This document shows, in pieces, positions 25,806-33,847 of a DNA stretch of 33,847 nt (position 1 is its first letter; each line of letters begins with the position of its first letter). This DNA comes from an uncultured archaeon (GTDB lineage Archaea; Thermoplasmatota; Penumbrarchaeia; JASLWR01). A program made the position numbers and the translations under genes. The notes under the pieces are model-generated. The model was not told where the DNA came from and ran no database searches. It worked only from the letters and a program-made list of their open reading frames with translations. The DNA is taken from assembly GCA_964342815.1 (NCBI GenBank), contig CAYFHS010000022.1, positions 1 to 33,847 on the forward strand, in the 5' to 3' direction.

Positions 25806-26306
25806 GTGTCAACCGTGAGCGATATTCATTACTCGAGAAGACATTTTTTAAAAAGAAAACAGCTGAAGCAGATAAACAATGTCCTGACAAATCATTATCA
25901 ATACGATTTTCATCTTATGGATTTGAGAGTGGAGCGGGCTTCTTCAAAGGAAGGGGATATTTTGATCCTTGATAAGGTTCCCACATTCTTTTCGGTTGAA
26001 GGGCATTTTTATCTAACTTTAAAGGGCCACACTAGATACGAGATAATAACGAAATATGTAACGGTGGACATGGGTGCCGTTCCGTTTCTTGTGAACGGAG
26101 CTGACGTTATGGCCCCTGGAATCATCGACGCTGATATTTCGATCCGAGAGGGAGATGTGATCTGGGTCAGGGACGAGAAGAACCTAAAACCGATATTGGT
26201 GGGTAAAAGTAGGGAGAAAGGGGAGCAATTAGTTTCGCTGTCAAAGGGAAAAGTTATTGACACTATTCATTTTGTGGGGGACGATCTGTGGAGGGCAGAA
26301 TTATAG
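25806..26306 (+). CDS. PUA-domain RNA-binding protein (MCTS1/Tma20-like, COG2016-like)
   Basis: RHFLKRK at the N-terminus and VTVDMGAVPFLVNGADVMAPGI..AD PUA signature; GTG start. Confidence 0.92.
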   Translation: MSTVSDIHYSRRHFLKRKQLKQINNVLTNHYQYDFHLMDLRVERASSKEGDILILDKVPTFFSVEGHFYLTLKGHTRYEIITKYVTVDMGAVPFLVNGADVMAPGIIDADISIREGDVIWVRDEKNLKPILVGKSREKGEQLVSLSKGKVIDTIHFVGDDLWRAEL

Positions 26307-26385
26307 TTGTTTCCATATATCGTTTCCCGTTCGATTAATTGACTAAATATATTTCCTCCATGTGTTTTTTTCCCCAATATCCAAA

Positions 26386-26405
26386 CACCCACATAAATGT
26401 GGGTG
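26386..26405. repeat. Perfect GC-stem hairpin, possibly an IS200/IS605-type end relic
   Basis: CACCCACA-TAAA-TGTGGGTG in an otherwise AT-rich spacer; no transposase nearby. Confidence 0.4.
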
Positions 26406-26481
26406 GAGTTAGATAGCTATAAAATATTGAATTTTCCATTCTTGCAGATAAATAAATAATTTTAAATACTAGTTTCCCGTA

Positions 26482-26572
26482 TTATAAAAGATTATACGCC
26501 ATTGGGATGGAACAAAGGTGTGAATACTACTAGGGATATGTAGTCAAGGCGGCTACATCCCCATCTAGGAGG
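26482..26572 (+). promoter_or_regulatory. TATA-like box plus a structured 5' leader and SD for the WD40 gene
   Basis: TTATAAAA at 26482-26489; hairpin 26530-26568 (ATGTAGTC/GGCTACAT core) overlapping the start of AGGAGG at 26567-26572. Confidence 0.45.
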
Positions 26573-26582
26573 CAAGACCTAT

Positions 26583-29500
26583 ATGATGGCGGATATATCG
26601 AATAGAGCATTAGCCCTGTTCTTTGGAATGGTTGTAATTCTATCCGGAGCATCGTTTTTGGGTACAATTTCATTTTCAGGAAATGCCACTCTAACCATTA
26701 ACGAAGCCAAGTTGAATTATACCGGTCATAAACAAGGTAGTGTATTCTCTGTGGATTGGGCTCCCACCGGGGATCGCATCATTTCTGGCGGAGAGGATCG
26801 TGACGCCATAATATGGGATCCCACCACAGGAAGTACTTTTTTAAAATATGATATGCACGATGGATCCGTTACATCCGTGGATTGGGCCCCGAACGGAGAA
26901 AGAATTGTATCCGGTTCCGCTGATAGGACCGTTCTTGTATGGAATCCACAAACTGGTGGTACGGTAAAAAATCTTATAGGTCACACAGATAGTATTAAAA
27001 TGGTAGCATGGTCGCCAGACAGCAGCAAGATCGCCTCAAGTTCACAAGATCATACAGTGAGAATCTGGAACTGGGCCGGTAATACCACTCTTACAACCTT
27101 TGATGGTCACAATGATATCGTCACTTCGGTAGCATGGTCGCCTGACGGTACGAAATTGGCCTCCGGAGGGAATGATAATCGCGTCCGTATCTGGAATGCA
27201 AACGATGGACAGGAACTAATGTCGCTTCGGGGTCATGGTGATAGTGTTATGACGGTGGCATGGTCTCCCGATGGAAAGAAAATCGTATCAGGCTCACTTG
27301 ACGATACAGCAAGGGTATGGGACGTTGAAACCGGAGAATTAAATTATATCTTCTACGGCCATAGTAACGGAGTGTTGAGTGCTGTCTGGTTTGACGACGG
27401 TGTTCGGATCGCCTCCGGCGGTGAAGATTCCACCATAAGGTTGTGGAATGCCGAAAATGGAGAGGTCCTGCTGGACTTTACGGCTCATAAGGATGTCATC
27501 CGCTCCATCGCCATATCACCGGACGAGGAAAAGATTGCATCGGGTTCAGCTGATCACACGGCAAGAATATGGAATCTGCGCATTCCGCCTCCTGCACCCC
27601 AATTGGTAGTCCCCTCCGTTAAACTTCTCAGGTCATCCACCGTTAAAATTACAGCGGGTGTACAGGATTATCTCGGGAAACAAAACAATCTGAACCCTGA
27701 GTTCCAGTACAAGGAGCAGTCATCCTCATATTGGAAAGAGAAATATCTCTCCACCCCTGTTATTCAGGACGAAGAGTGGTCGGTGGATTTCACACCTAGT
27801 ATAAACGCAACGCTGGGGAAATACGATTTTCGCGCCCGCTTCGAGGACGAACAACAGTTAAAGGGACCCTGGACGACGGAAATGGACACCATCGAGGTGA
27901 CGAACAACCTACCATCAGCAGTAATATGGTCTGCACCATCCTTAGCGTTTCGGGGACAAAAAAACCATCTTGGCATTGCTGTGGCCGATATCGAAACATC
28001 GCCAGGTAATATGCTTGTCAGTATTGAATACAGCCCAGTTCAGGAGGAGATCTGGGATATGGATATCTTCACCACTCCTGTATTTAACACATCCTCGGGT
28101 ATGTGGGATTCCTATTTCACGTTTCCCTTGTATACTCCTCCAGGCCAGTATCGATTCAGGACCCGATGTGCCGATAAAGCATTGGGAGTATCCGATTGGG
28201 ATCACTTGTTGAATCCTGTGGTAGTTGCTAATAATCCACCTGACTTGGTCGGATTTGATATGGTTCCTTCCATTATAAAGAGAGGCGAAAGTACAAGAAT
28301 GTGGCTTGATGTCAACGATTTAGAAGAAGGGAAAGTCCTCGAAAACGTCGAGGCGGAGATCAAGGGACCCCAGGGTGATTGGGAGTCCATAGATTTTTCT
28401 TTGAATCGACAGGGAAATAATTATACCGCTTTGTACACAACATCGATGCTGTCAGAGACGGGAGAACATGACGTTAGGATAAATTTAACGGATGCTGAAG
28501 GGGAGGGAACCGATTGGTTATTGGCTCCCTTACCTTTGAGAGTTCTCAATAACCACCCGAGTGTCACCGCGACCCATAAAGAGTTTGAGCTCTATGGCGA
28601 TAAAGAGGAGCTTTTTGACCTTAGTGGTCTGGCTTCTGACCTTGAAGACCCAGCCTCATCATTGATATGGGAGGTATACAGCTCTCCCTCACCCCTTTAC
28701 AGTGTCAGGGTGATTAATTCAAACTGGATTGAGATAGTACCTTCCTCCGATTATAGCCACGGTCAGGGTTCCGTCAGATTGAAGGTCACCGACTCTGATG
28801 GAGATTCGGGATTTAAGGATATATTTATTGATATTAAAAACGCAACGGAGCGTCCAGCCCTCGATGTCATTCTCAATTATCCTGTTGACGGGACGACGGT
28901 GGGTGTTTCTAGAACCACTCTTTCATGGGATCTCTCCAACGAAAAATCACAAGTGAAATATGATCTGTACTTGGGGGATTCTTTAGGGAACGTGACTCTT
29001 CTTTACAGTGGACTGAGTGATAATAATGTAATTATTGAGAATCTCATCAATAACCAGACGTACTGGTGGAAAGTAACTGCAAGGATATACGGCATACCAT
29101 ACGCCTTTGTGAGCTCATCCTGGTCATTTACAGTCAAGATCGGATTTCAATCTCTTCATAATATTGCCCTTTCATATGAAAAAAAGTTGATCGATGTGGG
29201 CCTGGGAGACACTGTTCACATGAACTTGACACTTTCCAATCTGGGGAACGTTCCAGAAGAGGTGGAACTCTCCATACTTGGGGTTCTGAAGGATTATGTC
29301 AGCATAATAGAATCGATATTAATCAATCCGGGTGAAACTATCAACGTGCCTTTCACGATCCGAGCTCATGACAGCCTTTCTTTGAAAAAATATATACTTA
29401 CCATTAAAGCGGATTTCGGTGATAATGAAAAAACAAAACGTTTGGAAGTGAGAATAGGTGGTATGGATCAAAATCCTGATAATTCATCTTCAGTGATCCG

Positions 29501-30353
29501 ATACCTCACGTTGATCGTTGTTCTTGTATTCCTCATAGGAGAACTACTGGTGTTTTTATTTTGGATTGGACGAAAACGGAAAAAAAGCAAAATGGACGAC
29601 ATAATTCCCACGCCATTCTATTTATCCCCCTATGAATCGGAGGACCTTTATTCACTGAATTCTCAATCATATTCCCCGCAGGAACCGGAAGCATATGGAG
29701 ATGCACCCGTTCAATTCTATTCGGAACCTGCGGCATATCAAGAAGTCCCCCCAATTTTACCTCCGGTATCTGTACCAAATCAACAATTATCACAGGTTCC
29801 AATACTGCCCGGTCCACAGACATCTGCAATTCCTTCACAGGGTGACGGTCCTCAGCAATTGATGTTGGCACCAGCACCGTCAGCTGGTTCTGATTCTTCG
29901 AATACGCCTGTCTCACCACAGGGCCCGGGGATGATTGAAGCACCATCCGCAGAGGCTGTGGAAAAATGGATGGAAAGTTTACCTAGCGAATATAACGCCC
30001 CACAAGCCCAACAAGCAGCACCCCCAGAGATGGATCCGTCTCTAATTGAAATGGAGGGAACTATTCCCATGGGATCATCTCAGCCGATAGCAACAGAAGA
30101 AGATATAACAGAACCCATGGAGGTGGACTCCATAACACTGGAAGATGAACTCGACGACCTGAAAGACATTATCAGTAATGTAATAAGAAAAGACCTTCCA
30201 TTGCTTCCCCCGTCTTCTTCAGACACAGAAAAAATTGATCATTATGAAGGTAATGATTCGAATTCCGGACTGCAAAACATCGAAAACAAACTTGCAATGC
30301 TGGATTCACTCACAGAAGATTACAATGAGAAACAAGATGGGGCAAAAGAATAA
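26583..30353 (+). CDS. Type I membrane protein: signal segment, 7-blade WD40 propeller, Ig/cadherin/FN3-like domains, TM and a Pro/Gln/acidic cytoplasmic tail
   Basis: Seven GH...WSPDG...SGS.D..VRIW repeats right after the N-terminal hydrophobic segment; NNLP/NNPP/NNHP-initiated beta-sandwich units; TM followed by RKRKK; low-complexity tail. Confidence 0.88.
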   Translation: MMADISNRALALFFGMVVILSGASFLGTISFSGNATLTINEAKLNYTGHKQGSVFSVDWAPTGDRIISGGEDRDAIIWDPTTGSTFLKYDMHDGSVTSVDWAPNGERIVSGSADRTVLVWNPQTGGTVKNLIGHTDSIKMVAWSPDSSKIASSSQDHTVRIWNWAGNTTLTTFDGHNDIVTSVAWSPDGTKLASGGNDNRVRIWNANDGQELMSLRGHGDSVMTVAWSPDGKKIVSGSLDDTARVWDVETGELNYIFYGHSNGVLSAVWFDDGVRIASGGEDSTIRLWNAENGEVLLDFTAHKDVIRSIAISPDEEKIASGSADHTARIWNLRIPPPAPQLVVPSVKLLRSSTVKITAGVQDYLGKQNNLNPEFQYKEQSSSYWKEKYLSTPVIQDEEWSVDFTPSINATLGKYDFRARFEDEQQLKGPWTTEMDTIEVTNNLPSAVIWSAPSLAFRGQKNHLGIAVADIETSPGNMLVSIEYSPVQEEIWDMDIFTTPVFNTSSGMWDSYFTFPLYTPPGQYRFRTRCADKALGVSDWDHLLNPVVVANNPPDLVGFDMVPSIIKRGESTRMWLDVNDLEEGKVLENVEAEIKGPQGDWESIDFSLNRQGNNYTALYTTSMLSETGEHDVRINLTDAEGEGTDWLLAPLPLRVLNNHPSVTATHKEFELYGDKEELFDLSGLASDLEDPASSLIWEVYSSPSPLYSVRVINSNWIEIVPSSDYSHGQGSVRLKVTDSDGDSGFKDIFIDIKNATERPALDVILNYPVDGTTVGVSRTTLSWDLSNEKSQVKYDLYLGDSLGNVTLLYSGLSDNNVIIENLINNQTYWWKVTARIYGIPYAFVSSSWSFTVKIGFQSLHNIALSYEKKLIDVGLGDTVHMNLTLSNLGNVPEEVELSILGVLKDYVSIIESILINPGETINVPFTIRAHDSLSLKKYILTIKADFGDNEKTKRLEVRIGGMDQNPDNSSSVIRYLTLIVVLVFLIGELLVFLFWIGRKRKKSKMDDIIPTPFYLSPYESEDLYSLNSQSYSPQEPEAYGDAPVQFYSEPAAYQEVPPILPPVSVPNQQLSQVPILPGPQTSAIPSQGDGPQQLMLAPAPSAGSDSSNTPVSPQGPGMIEAPSAEAVEKWMESLPSEYNAPQAQQAAPPEMDPSLIEMEGTIPMGSSQPIATEEDITEPMEVDSITLEDELDDLKDIISNVIRKDLPLLPPSSSDTEKIDHYEGNDSNSGLQNIENKLAMLDSLTEDYNEKQDGAKE

Positions 30354-30580
30354 AAATCATCGGATTGTTCAGTTTAAACATTCGGATGCAACGCAAATTG
30401 AAAAGTGGACAATAGTTACGGTAATGTTCCAATACTTGATTAGTAAAGACATACCTGATGGCATATCACACTTTCAAGCCAAGCCAGTGGGTGATGATGA
30501 ACATAGTTCATCGAACCCTAATAGAATCTCTGATTCTATGTCGGGACTTGGCTTTTCAAGAAAAGCAAGAAGGCGACAAA

Positions 30581-32179
30581 ATGGAAAGCAAATCTTCATC
30601 CCAAAAGCAGCGATATGTTGAGGGATTAAAGACCTGTGTCATTATTATGATAATCCTTCTTATTATTACTGTGGCAATATCCACTTTGTCCTCTTATATT
30701 GGTCAGCGTAGTATCGATCCATCGAAGTTCGATGCAAATATTGACATCAGGAAAGAATTCTCCGTACCTTATTACAGCTGCCCTGTTGAGATAGATGTCA
30801 GTATCAGAGGAGGAGGTAATGCCACCTTTTATTTGGTGAAGGGAAAGGATTTAAGCGATAATCCTCTTGAGGATGAAAAGAATGCAAAGTATATCGTGAA
30901 CAATACAATTGCTTCGGTAATGAATACCCGAAACTTCCACCTTGAACGGGAACTGGACTCAGGCGATTATACGCTGTACATACTTCATCTTCAGGAAAAG
31001 AAAGACGATGAAAAACCGATAATAGTTGGTGTCGATGTTGAAAATGACATGACTGGATCAATTGCATATACTTCCTACAGTAAGGTTCAGTATAATAAGG
31101 TCAATATATTTATTTTAAAACCGATTCTGCCATACGTGTATATAGTTTTCATAATCAGTGAAATTTTTCTGATCGTATGGTTCTTTTCTTTCATTGTAAG
31201 GAGGAGAATGGTTAGGGAAGAAAAGGAACCACAGCCGGTCTCATACAAGGTAAGGATTGAAAAAGTTCCCAAAAGGGATGCCACTTCTTCATGGAAGACC
31301 ACACTGCGAGGCGAGCGAGGTACAACAGGTTCATCAAATATACACTATTCACCCCCCACTGAGACATATTCGAATAAAAAGAGCCTAGCTTTACCAGAGG
31401 ACACATCTGTAAGCTCAGCGATATCCCATCCAACTGTTCCAAGCGAGGCTTCAACACCCAATCTACCCGAATTAACCAAAATCCCCCCCAAATCGTCGCC
31501 GAAAAAGGATGCCGGCGACCAAAAAAAGAAATCAAAACCCGGTAAAAAAGATAAGAAAGTTATCCAGGAAAACAAGGATATACAGATATCCTCGATTCTG
31601 GAAGGATTGAGGAATTCGGTAAGTACCATTGAGAGAGAGGAAGTGCCGGCTCATACTTCACTGGAAACCACAGATGGTGAGAAGCTGAACGAAGAAGAGA
31701 TTACACTTGATGACATGAATTTGGACGATGTGGATACCATGGACCAATTTCTTCAAAAGGTGAATGCAAGTTCTGATTTAAGGAAAACCAGAACGAAATC
31801 AAAGAAATTTTCAGGATCCCTGGAAGACAGGAGAAGGATCGCAGCTTTTTCGAAAAGAAAACATTCATCCAATGAGGTATTGATTGAAGAGAAGAAAAAC
31901 CGAAATGACCTTGACACCGAGATGGAGAAACTGGGCAAGCTGGATCCGAAAACAACAAGGGAGTCGAAGGAACAAAGGGTCAAACCATGGCCAGCCTCAC
32001 CTGCAGCCAGGGAAAGAAGGGCTTTCCCATCGGATCGAAAGGAAAAACTTGAGAAGACCTTTGCACGGATATTAAAGGAAAAGTCAGATGAAGTAACTCC
32101 TGGATCTAAGAAGCAGAAGAAGATGGATACTTTAAGAGAGAGGATGGACTCATTACTAAGTCAAATCATTGAAGATTAG
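30581..32179 (+). CDS. Two-TM membrane protein with an extracellular beta domain and a long charged, probably disordered cytoplasmic tail; function unknown
   Basis: Two hydrophobic helices about 150 aa apart, then about 320 aa rich in K/E/S/P. ATG 30581 is preferred over the ORF-track start at 30458 because a purine-rich AGAAGG precedes it. Confidence 0.75.
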   Translation: MESKSSSQKQRYVEGLKTCVIIMIILLIITVAISTLSSYIGQRSIDPSKFDANIDIRKEFSVPYYSCPVEIDVSIRGGGNATFYLVKGKDLSDNPLEDEKNAKYIVNNTIASVMNTRNFHLERELDSGDYTLYILHLQEKKDDEKPIIVGVDVENDMTGSIAYTSYSKVQYNKVNIFILKPILPYVYIVFIISEIFLIVWFFSFIVRRRMVREEKEPQPVSYKVRIEKVPKRDATSSWKTTLRGERGTTGSSNIHYSPPTETYSNKKSLALPEDTSVSSAISHPTVPSEASTPNLPELTKIPPKSSPKKDAGDQKKKSKPGKKDKKVIQENKDIQISSILEGLRNSVSTIEREEVPAHTSLETTDGEKLNEEEITLDDMNLDDVDTMDQFLQKVNASSDLRKTRTKSKKFSGSLEDRRRIAAFSKRKHSSNEVLIEEKKNRNDLDTEMEKLGKLDPKTTRESKEQRVKPWPASPAARERRAFPSDRKEKLEKTFARILKEKSDEVTPGSKKQKKMDTLRERMDSLLSQIIED

Positions 32180-32248
32180 ATTATTTCTCGAATTTGCTCG
32201 GATTTGGAGCAATAGAGCGTCACTTTCCGGGAAAAAAGTGGTCACCAT

Positions 32249-33559
32249 TTGGAGATGAGATGTCCCATGGCAGAGAACGAGAACAAAACAAAGTTAAATA
32301 TCTGGTCGAAAAGAAACAGATGGATATCAGGAATCATAGTGGCCCTGGTATGTATCATTCTCCTTATCATTGCTCTGCCGAGATACTTGGAAAGCCAGGG
32401 AGCATCGCCCATAATAAAATTCTTCATGGTGATGATCTTCATTGCCTTCATCGGATTATTGCTTGTAATCGGAGTAAATCTCATTATAGGTGACTTCCAA
32501 CTTGGTCGAAGGGTGAAAGAAGAAACCATAGAGAGACCTAAAGCAAAGGTGGACTTATCCGAGGGTTTCCGCGATTGGACTCCTGCCAGAATGAATTCCA
32601 ATGTTGTCCAGTCAGTTGATTATGACCGGACCGTGAGCAAAGGATACGGGAGTGCATGGGAACAGGAAGACCGAAGGAAAAAAAGAGAGGCCGAGCTCTT
32701 AAAAAAGAGGAAAATAAGTGAACTTGCTATCAAGTACAGGGAAGATACCAGCGAATATCTTATTCAAAAGGAAATCGAGCAGAAGAGCGAGATGATAACC
32801 AGAGAGATAACGGAAAGAAAGTTGATCGACGATATACTTACCACGCATGTTAACACAATTGGAATGAGATTCGTACCTTTACGAAGAGGAGAATTCCTCA
32901 TGGGAGATAACCGCATACCGCAGAGCAGCCCCGAACATAAGGTAAGTATGACTGAACCATTCCATATTAGCGTATATCCTGTAACCCAGGAACAATGGGA
33001 AAAAGTAATGGGCAGCAACCCCAGTCCGACCAAGAACAAAGATTCACCAGTAGTGAATGTATCGTACAATGATTGTATGGAATTCGTGACCAATCTGAAC
33101 AACTTGGAAAGAGTATTAAGGTATCGACTGCCAAGTGAAACCCAATGGGAATATGCTTGCAGAGCAGGCAGCACCAGCAAGTTCTCTTTTGGCGATGATA
33201 TGGCCCGAGTTCGGTCCTACGCCTGGACCAAGGAGAGTTCTGAAGTGGGATTGCACCCGGTGGGCCTTAAAGATCCAAACCTTTGGAACATCTACGATAT
33301 GCACGGGAACGTATGGGAATGGTGTATCGATAGGTGGCACGATAACTATAAGAACGCCCCGGGGATGGATTCACCCTTCATGGACGGAAAGGGTTCGAAA
33401 TGTGTCGTCCGCGGGGGAAGTTACAAATCCGACCACTGGGAAAGCGCCTATCGCACGTATCATGATGCGGATTACCGCTCAGATGACCTTGGTTTCCGGG
33501 TCGTCATGATTTTCGATCCATTAGCTTTACTTTCACAAGGTGCTTTCGCGCTGAGATAA
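32249..33559 (+). CDS. Formylglycine-generating-enzyme (SUMF1/FGE-sulfatase) fold protein with two N-terminal TMs
   Basis: GEFLMG, PVTQEQW, PVVNVSY, YRLPSETQWEYACRAG, PNLWNIYDMHGNVWEW, VVRGGS and LGFRV motifs. Confidence 0.92.
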   Translation: MEMRCPMAENENKTKLNIWSKRNRWISGIIVALVCIILLIIALPRYLESQGASPIIKFFMVMIFIAFIGLLLVIGVNLIIGDFQLGRRVKEETIERPKAKVDLSEGFRDWTPARMNSNVVQSVDYDRTVSKGYGSAWEQEDRRKKREAELLKKRKISELAIKYREDTSEYLIQKEIEQKSEMITREITERKLIDDILTTHVNTIGMRFVPLRRGEFLMGDNRIPQSSPEHKVSMTEPFHISVYPVTQEQWEKVMGSNPSPTKNKDSPVVNVSYNDCMEFVTNLNNLERVLRYRLPSETQWEYACRAGSTSKFSFGDDMARVRSYAWTKESSEVGLHPVGLKDPNLWNIYDMHGNVWEWCIDRWHDNYKNAPGMDSPFMDGKGSKCVVRGGSYKSDHWESAYRTYHDADYRSDDLGFRVVMIFDPLALLSQGAFALR

Positions 33560-33673
33560 TTTGTTATTCCCCGATTGGCAAGATATACGTTCCCTTCGGG
33601 TGGATAATATTCAAATTGAATGATATGATCATTTACACAGTTTAGATTACACTACAACCTTTACTGCTTATTC

Positions 33674-33847
33674 TTATTTCTTTTTATCCTTTTTACCGGC
33701 CTTTTTTCCCTTTGGTTTCTTCTTTTCCACTTTCTTTTTATCCTTTTTGCCGGTTTTTTTTCCTTCCTTCTTCTTTTCCTTTTTCTCTTTTTTCTCTGCC
33801 TTCTTCGCCTTTTCTACTTTCTTTTTATCCTTTTTGCTTGTTTTTTT
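33674..33847 (-). CDS. Lys-rich C-terminal tail of a protein that starts beyond the right edge
   Basis: Open minus-strand frame ...KKTSKKDKKKVEKAKKAEKKEKKEKKKEGKKTGKKDKKKVEKKKPKGKKAGKKDKKK ending at TAA (33676-33674). Confidence 0.8.
   Translation of the reverse strand, partial: KKTSKKDKKKVEKAKKAEKKEKKEKKKEGKKTGKKDKKKVEKKKPKGKKAGKKDKKK

Noticed and set aside
30235-30621. 128-aa ORF bridging the WD40 gene and the next gene
   Set aside because: It overlaps both neighbours in another frame and has no recognisable features.
33661-33847. Pyrimidine-rich microsatellite or assembly artefact
   Set aside because: It translates cleanly as an open Lys-rich frame on the minus strand ending in TAA, so it is better explained as coding sequence.

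Overview
Archaeal chromosomal DNA, judged from fibrillarin, archaeal RNase HII, a PUA-domain protein and TATA-type promoters. Thermoplasmatota-like affinity is an inference from the CARDB/PKD/zinc-ribbon membrane proteins. About 21 larger CDSs are present, most encoding exported or membrane proteins with a C-terminal TM anchor, mixed with housekeeping genes (rnhB, a GNAT, flpA, a PUA protein, a saccharopine-dehydrogenase-like enzyme). I found no tRNA, rRNA, CRISPR array or intact transposase. The main unexplained element is the spacer at 21076-21660. It holds a roughly 375-nt segment of about 50% GC (the adjacent spacer is about 31%) that I can fold by hand into 10 or more helices, including a multibranch junction and a long-range closing stem. 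On the minus strand it is preceded by a TATA-like box, a leader with alternative hairpins and a 31-aa ORF, so it is a candidate undescribed large structured ncRNA or dual-function RNA. Other notable items: an E1 enzyme with a UBA-type thioester Cys at the end of an apparent operon with a zinc-ribbon membrane protein and an ArnE/F-like pair; a degenerate PLD-like domain fused to 16 TPRs, nine of them 35 aa long; a GT-C glycosyltransferase with large inserted domains; a secreted terpene-cyclase-fold protein; and a receptor-like protein with an exported WD40 propeller. All calls come from reading motifs by eye. No database searches or folding programs were run.
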